This document shows positions 11,826 through 23,515 of a stretch of 64,000 nucleotides of DNA, one piece after another. Below the pieces are notes generated by a model. The model made no database searches, had not been told where the DNA came from, and saw only the letters and a list, made by a program, of their open reading frames with translations. Positions within the stretch are counted from its first letter, which is position 1; every line of letters starts with the position of its first letter. A program made the position numbers and the translations under genes. The stretch lies in NCBI GenBank assembly GCA_004022145.1, contig RCNU01000002.1. The stretch is one strand, 5' to 3'. This stretch comes from Paecilomyces variotii (lineage: Eukaryota).

Positions 11826-14800
11826 TCATCGCCTCTTCCATGGCAGGATGCCGATCCGGCTTCTCTCCGACAGACGTGGGGTCGGATCTGACTCGGAGTC
11901 TGGCTCTGAAGGGAGCGGAGTATGCATGGGTCTAGGCGTTGCGTCCGCATCGGCAGAGGTGGCAGCGTCAGTATCAACAGCTGCATCGGCGCCGACATCT
12001 GGGCCAATGACTGCCGCTGCTCTACTAACACTCGCAGGTTCCATATCTGTGAAGGCTGCAGATGCCTTTGCAGGGACATCAGAGTTGCACTCGACGGGAA
12101 AGATGATTGGGGGCGTGATATGGCCTTTCTTTTCGGTCTGAGGCTCAGACGTGGCACTTGATTCCTTGGTGGTTTGAGGCATCGTTTGAGAAGATGCGTG
12201 GACTTGCGTCACGTATTGAGGCAGGAAAGGCCGGTGTGTCGATTCTTGAAGCGCTTCTTGATCCTCTAGGTCATCTTCCGTCACCGTCTGCAGTGCTTCT
12301 TCGGGAATATGGAGCCTCTCAAATGTATCTTCCAGACCAACATCAGCTGGAGAGCCACCTGTTTCACGAGACTGTTCGTCACTGGCTCCTTCGGTGTTGC
12401 CCGCGCGGATCTTCTCAAGCGCTTCCTTTTCCTTTTTGAGGATTTCTTCACTGCCACTGACGACGCTGCCACGACTGTTCGTCCGCATCATTTCCGTCCC
12501 CAGTTTGGAGCCCGACCGTGGAGTCTTGTTGTTTGGACTACGAGCCTGCACTTGAGCGTGCCCCAGCTCCTCATCCTCATCGTCTCCTGATTCCGCACAT
12601 TCATACCGCTTCTTCTCGAGTGATTCTCGTTTTGCACGGATAGCTTCACTAGATCGCTGTTTCCGAGGAGTCATTGGGCCTGCAGTGGTGACATAGGCAG
12701 GGGCCGAGGAAGCGTGGAGCAATTGTGGGACAACAACGGCAGCTGGGTCGACTTTAGGTTCATTCGCTGCCTTTGCAGCTACTTCATCGGAAATCCCCAG
12801 ACCACCTTGATTACTACTACCCCAGTCCTCGCCGTGGCGACTGATAACGACGGGTACCTCCTCCGCTTTGATAGAATCCATATCCCCGAAGTAGCTACTG
12901 CCCACCGAGTCTTCGCGACTGGACCCACGATAGGAACTGGGCACCAATTGTGGGAAGCCAGAAGATGTTGAGCTAGGACTGTCTTCAGCACGCACTGATG
13001 ATTGCCGCAAGGCGGAGGTCGGAATAGTCAGCGGCTGTGCAGGATTGTAGTCCTTCGGTGGCGGCTTCCAGTGACAGAACTTGCAAAGTGCTTCTGTGAA
13101 CTTGGTCAAAGTCGGTGGCTTCTCGATGAGAGCATCGAAGTGGTGAGTCTCTGGCAAATCCTTCAAGTAGCCCGTGACAGCTATGATAGGTGTATGCGTG
13201 TTGGCACTCCTCGTTTCACGCACCATTCGAGCCACATCGGCGCCGTTGATCTGAGGTAGCTTAAATTCCGTCATGATGATATCGAACTCGACCTCGCTCA
13301 GCGCATAGCGTATTGCTTCCGATCCGTTGACAGCTGTGATAGTGCGGCAGCGCAGCTTCTCAAACAGCCGCTCCATGACAAGCCTAGAAACCGGGTGATC
13401 CTCGCAGATGAGTACATCAAGGGGTCTGAAGAACGGCCCCTCAGAAAGGTTGATATTCGACAATCGTCGTGAGCTCTGCCTCCGGCGTTGCACCTTCAGT
13501 AAGGCCTTGGTACGGGGATCTTCGTTGTCTGAAGACGATGGAGAAACATCAAACAGCTGGCTGCGACGCTTGTGATGGCCTGGCATGAACGTCTCCTTGA
13601 GTGTTGTGAAATCTCCATCCTGGGAGCCCAAGGTCTGCGACCTAGTGCGGGACGTCGGGACACTACTCTGGCGTGGACCGGACGGTGTCTTCTCCGGCGA
13701 CTGCCCGGGTACTCGGATAGGCTTCACAGGGGATGATACGGTAGGTCCAACTTTGATGTTGGTCGTCAAACGAGAAGGTTCAGAAGAAGTGTGCTGTGGA
13801 GCTGCGCCAGATGGAAGTGAATTTGTAGACGAGGAGCCCGAGGTCTTTCTGCGCTCATGGTTTTGCCCAGTACTGAACTGGACGAGTAGGGGAGACGAAG
13901 GCTGCGACGGTCGGCTAGGAGATGAATTCGCTTGGCTGTGATTCGACGGAGAAGACGGTCTGTTGTTTCCCTTACTGTGTGAGAGCGTCCGCTGGAGCGG
14001 CATCGGTACAGGGGGGCTGCCTTCGAGAGATGGGCCAGATGTGGACAATGGTGTTTGCACTGCTGAGATCGCCTGCCTCTGTTGCGTCTGCATAGCCTCC
14101 TGGCGTAGCTTCTGGATGACATCCTTGTTGGCCTTTTCGAGAATAGGGAGGTTCTTGAAATTGAAGTTTCCAAAGTCGTCCGCCATTGAAGGTTCACTCA
14201 GCCTTCTGCTGCGCGTATCACGGACATGCGGTGGTATATGAAGCGGCATCAGCCCTCGCTTTATGGAGTTCACCTGAGTACGAACTTTGAAAAGCGCATC
14301 GTGTGGACGATCTGGATAGTCTGCTGAGGGGAATGGAGGCTGCGGAGAGGGTTGATCTTCTATTTCCTCGGTGAAGGCTTGTAGAGTGGCCCCTCTTGCA
14401 TCGAAATACTCCGTGTCCTCTGGATTCTCAACGTTTGGCACAAATTGTGCCTTGTCTTCAAGCAGAGTGTCCCAATTGATATCCGAAAACCAAGGATGAC
14501 TACGGATTTCTGCCCCTCCGCTCGGGAACTTTTCAGCGATATTGGCGCCAAGTCTCTCTTCGGGCTTGACTGTCATGAGCTTGTTCATTAGGTCTATCGC
14601 TTCTGGCGAGGCCAGTTCCTCTGCGCAATCCGGCCAGTTGATTCTTCTGTTCAAGATGTTCTCGAAGACTTCATCTGGAGTAGGGGCGTTGAAGGGTGGG
14701 TAGCCGAAAAGGAATTCGAACAAAATGCAACCAAGTGACCACCAGTCGCTCATCTCATCCTGTCCAACGCCGTTGATGGTTTCTGGGGCGAGATAATCCG

Positions 14801-17800
14801 GGGTACCAACAAAACGCCGATTATGGTCTTCGGGATCGAACAGGGCCATGGCTGGGGGAAGCATCGACTGCTGGGGAGGCGTATTATGCAGGGCACCGAC
14901 CGACGATGCATGGCTGACTGTTGGCTGGAGGGCATAAAGATTGGGAGAGTCACTGGGCTCACTTGGGGCTTCCTCGTCTGGCAGCATCTTGTTTGGTACT
15001 ACAGGAACGGGGGCGGGTGTATCGCTGCCTTCGGTGAGAGAGAATGTCTGAAACATTGACGCCAAAGCGTCGCTACTTCCGCTATCACTCCGGTACCCAG
15101 ACGCCCGTCTGGAATTCTCACGATGGAGAGGATTGTGGCCGAGGCTGAAGTACGATGGTTGATTGTAACTGTTGGAAACCTCAGGCGTGATGAGTGGAGT
15201 AGATCCCGGCGAACCTTGCAAGTCGAACGATGCTGAGCGCGACGATGCCAATGACATGGCTCGGGGAAAGGGTCCTTGCTTAAGCAGGTCAGGGGCCGAG
15301 TCGTTTGGACTCTTCAGCACCCGCTTTTGACGGCCGACGAGTCCCATGCGTGACAGACCGAAGTCCGTCAGTTTGAGGTGTCCCTTCTGGTCAATCAGGA
15401 GGTTGTCCGGTTTGAGATCCCGATGAACGATTCCCCTACTGTGGAGATGCTCAACCCCTAGGACAACTTCTGCGATGTATTTCTTCGCCCAGTCTTCGGG
15501 CAATCCACCCAAGACCTTGACAAGAGATGCGCAGTCACCACCGTTGAGATACTCCATGACCAAGTAGAGGTAGTCTTTACTGGAGAAAGTCCAGTAGAGC
15601 TTGGCAACAAAGTCACTCTCGCCTTGCCACATCATAATTGCCCGTTCTGCTTTGACATTGGTGACCTGGTTTTTAGCGATCATATCCGCCTTCTTGAGCA
15701 CTTTGATGGCAAAGTATTCGCCCGTGGTCTTCTTCTTCGACAAGTACACGCTGCCGAATGCACCCTTGCTGATGGGTTTAATGATCTCGAAGTCCTTGAT
15801 TGACGGCGGTGCAGGACGGGGCTGGGGTTGGCTAACTGAAGACAGTCGCGGCGAAACTGGTGGCTTGGCCACCTCTGAGGAGGCCGTTGACGATTGCCTG
15901 CGGTGATGGTGATGGTGATGATGAGGGTGCTGCAACGATGGATGAGAAGCCAGCTCAGCAGTGGTGAGTGAAGGCGATACAACGGGGGAAGGGATATCAC
16001 CGCTGGGGACACGAGGTTTAGAGATTCTCAAGGGGGATTGAGGAGGACCCCCGGTCCGGGCGGGGGAATGCTGCCTCCGGGGTGAGCTGGACAGGCCAGG
16101 AAGTACTAAGCTCTTCCTCTTCCTTTCTTTTGAACTGGTTGTGCGAGAAAGACTTCTCTCGGAGGATGGGGAGTCGGTCCGCATCGCACTAGCCAGAAAA
16201 GACGACGATGGCAAGCTGCTATCGCTGTATTCTCCGGTGTCACTTTCCGCTAGTAGAGAGCCTCTTTTAGAGGGCTGAGACGTGCCTAGTAGACCGGCGG
16301 TGCTCCTGTGAGAACGTGGAGTAGGACATTCCATTGGACTGCTAGATCGAGTCGACACAGCGATCGATGACGTTCTCGGAGACGGCATAGACTGCTCTGA
16401 GGGGTTTCGCATCGGTATTGGCATCGGAGAACTCGGCCCTGGTCGTGGTTCGAGAGATATGCTTCGCACAGAACGCCCTGTGTCCGTGTTCTCGGCATGC
16501 TCATCATCAGAGCACGTCGAAGACGAATCGCTCAATTGTCCAGCCGCAATTCGCTCCGCCTTGCTCAGAGCAGCGGTGATGCATTCTTCCACCAGAACCG
16601 TATACTCGATCCGAATTCGCTCTGCGTACTCGACAATCCTGCGATGACGGATGACGGCATCTACCTTGGCTCTGGCTGCTGCTTCCGTATCAGCGGATAA
16701 AGCAGCAAGTCCCTGCTCCTGATCGAGGGTATTGGAACTGGGTGATTGCCATTGCAGGACCTGAGATATCCGAGATTCTGACTGGGGAGAGAGAGTCCGG
16801 AAGTCATCACCAGTATCTGCCCGAGATTCCTTCAAGGCGGGTGTACTGATTTCCAGGGCAGTGTCGCAGAGATCGAGGATCAACTCCACAATACGAGATA
16901 ACGGTCGTCGCACGGCGAACGATCGTCCTCTTGCATGCCCCCCGAGTCCCGATGTAGACTGATCCCTGGATCTGGTTGGTGTCCCAGGAGAAGAGTTGGG
17001 AGCACTTGTCTGTCCAGACGAGGGGGCAGAAGATGCTGGTGAGGGTCCGATGGGGAGGCCCTTGTATTCGGGCTGCGGAACAGCTGGAGCACCGGCATCG
17101 CCGGTCATTGGTCTACCCTGTTGAGCCTCGAGCGCATCAAGAACTTTGACGATAGCGTGACGGTGTTCGTTCAGATTCTCTTGCGCTATCTGGACATCCA
17201 ACTCGGCCCGATGTTCTTGCAGACAGAGTTCGGAGTGCTTCTCAAACCACCACGGAGTAATCTGACGCTCACAGATCCGACACAAGACGGGACTGGGAGG
17301 GGGGTATGTTGCGGGATCGGCACCTTTACCAGCAGCCTCCGCCAAGTTGGTGAGATAGTTGGCCAGGACCTCCGCCCCAACCCCCAGAGATTCCACCAGC
17401 AACGGGGGAAGATCGATCGTCACTTCTCGGGGCTCCGTAGATGGCCGTAGCATCCACATCGACTGTAGGAGGTTGCGTTAGTTTTGCCCTCATCTCTGTT
17501 TGATGACGGCTCGAGGAACACTCACATGTCCGGATCCATCTGCTGAGCGGTCAAAGACCATGATTCCCTGGGCTTCCATATCGAGGATGTCTCTGTGCCA
17601 TTCTTCCTCCTCGTCATCTTGTGTGCCCTCCTTCGCAATCTCTTGTTCTTGACCCTCCTGCGTCTTTTCGTGTTCTTTTTCCGGTTCTGGCGGCCGGGGT
17701 TCCGGGGAGTACTTCAGCACCGAGTCAGGCCCCATCCGCACTGAGAAGCGGATGAAGCGACTGCGGGAGTCGTCCTCCTTCATCGCCTCGATCGCATCCT

Positions 17801-18101
17801 GAAAGGCAGTCGCGTTATTCTCCAAAACATCAGAGATCATGCGGCCTTCTACCGATTCGACCGGGGAGCCCACGACCTGGCGCCACGACGGGCTGACCCA
17901 TTTGATCCGGCCATCGAGACCCAGATCGAGGATGACATTCAACGTCTGCTCCGCCGCTTCCTTGAGATCTTCGCGTTCTTCCCGCATGTCTTCACTCAGG
18001 GTCCGCTCCATGGGAAGCCTCTTCGGATCGGCCTCCTGCCTCAAGGCCATGACGGCCGGCGGAGCCAGGAATTGCGGACTGTCGGTGCCATTGCCCGCCA
18101 T
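11826..18101 (-). CDS. RIM15: Greatwall-family Ser/Thr kinase RIM15/Cek1 (PAS, C2HC finger, kinase with large insert, receiver domain)
   Basis: Exon 1 17526-18101 (PAS-like LDLGLDGRIKWVSPSW), intron 17463-17525, exon 2. Exon 2 has CRICE..HSELC, ISKGAFGSVYL, HRDLKPDN, DFGLS, a long insert before FVGTPDYLAPE, and a REC domain LICEDHPVSR...IIMTE. Confidence 0.95.
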
Positions 18102-18640
18102 TCTGAACCAACAAGGGAAATCGACAGCAGTGCCTCCACGCGGAGGGCACGACGTAGAGAGGGGCCAGCACGGAGGAAGAGTGCTGGAAAAGTTCGAACT
18201 GGATATTGTAGAGCAGAGCAGAGCAGAACCGTCTGCCAGGCAGATCGGGTGCCCGAGAGCTGGTTACGGCTTCATCCGCGACATCAACAGGCCATGGTGG
18301 GGAGGGGGAACCTGTCGCGGAGGGATGCAGTTGAAGATGACAATCTCACTGCAAGCCGGAGCGGACGATCGGATGACTGACGGTGGACGCTGGGAGCGTG
18401 CCCGTAAAGAGAGAGAGGGCAAGCAAAGAGCAGGACTTGTGTGTTCAAAACGTTCTTGCTGGGCAGAGGAATGAAGAATGACTGACGCCGGATAACCAGT
18501 GACCAGTGGCCGTGTCGAGAGTAGTATTGCGGGAGGGGCGCGAAGGCGTCGACGGGGCGGTGGAGCGACCAGTGAGACCAGGCAGAACGAGAAACCCACC
18601 TTCTCAACGATGACGCTCAGCCAGATGGCATGCACGCAGA

Positions 18641-18643
<3 letters not shown>

Positions 18644-18676
<33 letters not shown>

Positions 18677-18860
18677 TGAGAGAGAAGGGGGATTTACAAC
18701 TGTTCTTGGTCTGGAGGGATTGGCGTTGGGGAAAGGGGGATCCAGAGCGAAGAAGAGAGAGGACGGGCGAGGTTTCAACTGTGGTGGACGGCGAGAGAGA
18801 GCGAGAGCACGAGACTCACGCGCGACGCTGACAGGGCGAATGGTGTGTGTGTGTGTGTGT
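18644..18860. repeat. (GA)n and (GT)n microsatellite tracts between RIM15 and the putative TER
   Basis: gagagagagacagagagagagagagagagtgagagag at ~18646-18684; gtgtgtgtgtgtgtgt at ~18844-18860. Confidence 0.8.
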
Positions 18861-18999
18861 TTAAGAGGGTATTGTCACCAAATAACAACAGCTGCAGTAA
18901 TAATAATTATTTAGCTGCCATCAATTAAAAATATGAAAAAATATATTAGTCTCTAACTAGCACCACAAAAAATAATAAGAAAAAAAAAGACCACTGCCT

Positions 19000-21200
19000 T
19001 TCCACTGAGATTGAGCCAGTATCATCAACTACTACTACTACTGCACTGGTTCCCACCGGCCTTCTTAGTTACTACGGGCTCCCCATCGCCAGAAGGAGGA
19101 AGATGCAGCTTCATCTGTACAGGATGCTGCCCCGGTCCTGGCAAACCACCAATGTCCATCCATGGCGCTGCGCGTTCATCCTAGTCAAGACGCCCTAACC
19201 CAAGTCAAATCATACTCTCTCTGATGCTCGATGGTCGATGGTCGAGGTCCTTTATCAGCACGCTGCTGCGCCAACCGGAGCATGCTCAACCGCTATCTCG
19301 ACGCCTTTTTTGTTATTTGTTTTTTGTTTTCTCGGTTTGTTCTAACCGGCTAAGATCCGTCTGCGTTAGAAGCGCCTTTCGTCCCTTGCTGGGGGCCCTC
19401 TCACAGCCTACGTGTCTCCCTTCAAACTGCGAGACCAGCCAGGGTCTCCATCGCCGATGACGTTGAGATCATCGATCCGAACAGAGGGGAGAGGGAGAGA
19501 GACAGACAGAGAGCGAGAGTCTCAGCGAGAGAGACTCTCGCATGGATCGGATCGGATCAGATCATTCCATTCTCGAGTCCTGTATCTACAGCCGTTGCTG
19601 GATCGTTCTCTCCTTCCATCCACGTCTCTGGCGCGGAGGATCTGTCCTGCCCGATAGTCCAGGCACTGGCCGCTTAGTCCCAGGTACGTACTGGCACGCG
19701 TCTCCGGTTGATTCGTCCGGGCGCGAGTGAAGCGATGGTGGACGACGGTATTATTATTATTATTGCAGCGACAGGAGACTCCTCGACTCCGGAGCATCAG
19801 GCCCGTCGTGTCTCATCGCGGGATCCGTCCATAGATAGAACCCCCTCCCGGACGCCGAAACCAAACAAACACCCGGGTCTGGTAATCTTCGCCTGCACGA
19901 AGATCGATGATGTGATATCCGTGAACTTTCATCGTCTGCCTTTGACCTGCCCTTGGATCTACCGTGTGCTCTCTTCTCGTCACTGGTCGATCGTGCTATC
20001 TCAGTCCCACATCGCCAGCCAGCCTCCCCAATCCGGATCGAACGGGACTGGCCGACTGATGAAGAATGGCTTCACAAAAGTTATGAAGGCTTGAGAGAGT
20101 CAGACAGAGAGAGAGTCAGACAGAAAGCTAAAGATAATTTCTCCCTTCATTTTTTTGCCTTTTGCCCCGTGATCGCATCGGGCTGGTGGCTCACGGCTGT
20201 CCTCGTAGGGTTCGCTGCCATTGTTCTCGCCGTGGATGCGCTCGTGGCGTGAGAAGGACTGCGAGCAGACCAGCATCGGATTCGGGAGAACCTCTCCGCA
20301 CCCACTGCTACTATCTACTCCTTGTCCTGCGCCGACATCCTGCACTGCTCCGACATGTCCGATTGATAATACTATTGACCACACTTTCTGACTCGATGGC
20401 GCTTTTTGGCAGAAAAAATCACAGAACTCCAGGTGATCGGTCGTCGTTTCCACAGCACACTGGACCCGGTCATTTTGCAGCCACACAACCTCCGAATGGA
20501 TGCTGTCCGAAATCTAAAATAACCCCTTTGAGTTCCGTCGACGCTGGAAGACGCCTCTTGGCGGCGACAGTGGTAAGAGTGGCAGGATCACCGCTCCCTG
20601 ATGGCCACTACAGCTCGTGCCCGCCGCTTCCATTCTCGTTTAACCACGGCTGCACAGCGATCGTCTCTCCCACATACTCACATGCATCATCAGACGCCAT
20701 CCTTCAACGTAGATGGGCCGTTGGAACCGGGAGAGTTGGAGATCTCCCATATCTTGCAAGTATGTCCCTGCGGGGTGAGGCGGGGTCGCCCAATGTCTAC
20801 GGGGTGATCCTAATACTCATGCGACCTCGCTGCGTCTGTTTCGCAGTCTATCTCTTCATGGACGTCATGTCTCTGCTCCTTGTAATATGTGCTAGGTTGA
20901 ACCGTTGAAGGGAAAGCTGATCAATCAAGCCTCCTCGCTTGATTCGGTCATTAAGAGTGCACTACGTATCAGGATCGAGGCCTAGTGTGGTAAGATCAGG
21001 TCTTCTGGTCCCGGAAAGGAAGTTCTATGATCTGGAAGACTACCCCCGGCTCCAGCGACCAAGATTTCTATCAGTCAGTACGGTAGTAGGTACGCCGGAC
21101 TGTAAGCTGAGCAGGAGGATCCCGGACATACAGATGCGATCGCACTCCTGAACCACATTTTCCCCCATCGATCGATTAAAATGATTCCATTGCTGAGTTT
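19000..21200 (+). ncRNA. TER: Putative telomerase RNA (TER/TR); both ends approximate
   Basis: Template CCCTAACCC at 19193-19201 (1.5 copies complementary to TTAGGG). Upstream hairpin AGGATG(19121-26)/CATCCT(19177-82). Core-enclosing helix ATCGCC..GGAG(19085-98)/CTCC.GGTGAT(20427-37). Pseudoknot TTGCC(20155-59)/GGCAG(20408-12) crossed with GTGAT(20169-73)+TTTTT(20403-07)/AAAAA-ATCAC(20413-22), with a U-rich loop. Many further helices out to ~21150. No credible protein ORF. Confidence 0.8.
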
Positions 21201-23515
21201 GATCTGCAAACGCGTCTACTGTCTTGGTTGGCTCGCCAGCGAACTTGACTCGAAGTCAACTACCCGCGATGCGGATAGAATAGAGACCGAAATTCCGGAT
21301 TGCAGATCTTCCCCTCTTCTTCAGACACCCCAACTGGGCGGAGCCATCAAGCTCATTCCATTTCGAGGACTACGTCTGGATTACTCCGCAGGAACCGGTA
21401 ACAAAGGGCTGGCGGTTCAAAAAGCTGGGGTATCCGGGGAAGTCTAAAATAATGTTCTACGAGTGGATCCCATCCGGCCGGCTGACCCTAGAGCAGAACT
21501 ACCAGAACAGCAGATGCTGCAGCCTATGTGCGGCATAGAAAAAGAAACCAGGTTTTTTTTCTATCACCTCCCAAGAGGAATTGAGTACGAACTCAATGTC
21601 GCAAAGTATTATCATTACGAAATCGTTTCTCAATCGCGGCGATGAAGGCGCTGGCCAGAACCGCTGGCCGAACAGAGACATCGGTCTCGTGACACCGTCA
21701 AGGCTCCTCGCACATGGAACCTCACAGGGTGGCGTGCCCTCGAGGTGCTCTCTGAACGAAATCTAGAATTCGCGCACCGCAGGCCGCATTGGGTCTACGA
21801 CGCTACAGCACCGGTAGGCACTGTACGACGCTGGCTTTGGCCGGCACGGTTGTCTTAAGAAACGGTAGGTTTTGAGCGAAGGCTCAACAGCTGCTACAAA
21901 GTTTATACGATCAGAGAGCTTCGTCAGTGATTTCTTCGAATCGTCTAGGGATGCTTGCGCTCTTCTTGTGGCTCGACTGCTGGGGAGGCTCAGCCCACCA
22001 GGCAAAAGATAGCCTACTGCTCGTCATAGCATTCAAATTGCAGCAATACACTTACCTTAAAATATACTTAGCAGCGGGAAATAGTAGCACTATCATTATT
22101 GCTCACTACCGGTTTGATGGAAGCATGCTACCTGCTGTCATCAAGTTGCTCAAGTGTATAAGCCTCTCCATGGTGCTGTGATGTCTCTCAGCTACTAATT
22201 GGGCCCAGTGATTCTGAGCGTCTCAGACTTTTTAGCATAGATTCAGTACTGTGCCTCTTGGCGTTATCGAGTGTGCTATGAAGGTAGGTGCCGGCCATAC
22301 CAGGGTCTTCCCAAGCCGTTCTTGGACGCTGTACTCTGCGGTACTAGTTTCATCAAGTCCACTTACATGGCAGGATAACGCCATTGGACTAATGACCTCC
22401 ACTGAAAATACCTGTGTATTATAATGAGAGTGGAGTCTATGCGTACTGAGCACTCGATCGGGTTTCTGGTATCTGTTCTGGTCGAGCGTCTCTCTTGCTT
22501 GAAACTAAGTTGTACTGGTCACTCAATTGAAGTTTTAGTCTGGGCTAACTACAATATAACCAGTTCTTCTCATCGCGAAATTTGAGGGTCTAAGCTCGTA
22601 GAGAAAAAAAAAATCTCCACACATGAAGTCGGTGAGCAAGTATCGGGTGATATAGGGAGAAGGGGAAGGATGGATAAGACGAAATCATCTAGGTACGTCT
22701 GAAAATTTAGATACAACAGAAAATGGAGAAAAGAAGAAACAAATTTAAAAGCTGCTCGTTTTATTTTATTTTTATTTTATTTTTTGGGTTTCTTTTTTAC
22801 CTATCTCAATTTCCCTGCCCGCCCCAAGTGGGTTAGTTTGACGCGCTGTTCCAGAAATATAAATATAAAAAAACAACCCGACCCGACTCAAACAATCGCG
22901 AGATTACTCGAATCGATACTCCAACCCCTCCCCTTTCCCCCGATCCCTTCATCTAAACCCGCCCTGCCCATCTAACATGACCACACCAAGAGAATAATAA
23001 TTAGTTACCTAGTAAAAGAGAAGTCTAATCTGGTCTGGTCTGGTCCAACGACCACCTACCTATCCTTCAACCCATGCATGCATGCATACACATGCACGGT
23101 ATATCCGGAAAGAAACCTACCGAGCTGGACTGATTGTTTTATTTTAGATACCATAGCCAATCAGCTTCCTCTTTTTTGGTTGATAATGGAATCGAGAAAA
23201 GAGCGTGCCATTCGGGAACTGAGAAGCCGTGTGTGTCTCAAATGATGCTAGTTTGATCAATATGGCGTGGTTATTATTGGATATTGAATATGGATGGGAG
23301 GGGATAGAAAGGGGAAAGGAGGAAATAGTTGGGATAAGGTCAAACTTGCTTGAGATAAATGAAATGGGCTTTGAAATTGATATTAAAGCAATTATATCTG
23401 AAAAGGTTTATACCTACTTTCCAGCCTGGTAGGTTTTCGCGATAGTTATATACATGTACATGCATGAGATGTTTTCTCGGTGGGCTCCCTTTTTATTCAT
23501 GCGAAATTCAAGAGA

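Noticed and set aside
13230-13430. RIM15 receiver domain with Glu in place of the phospho-acceptor Asp
   Set aside because: Known property of fungal Rim15 orthologues, not novel.
19708-20908. ORFs of 128 and 248 aa in the RIM15-ERG26 gap
   Set aside because: Non-ATG starts, no recognisable domains, and they overlap the structured TER candidate.
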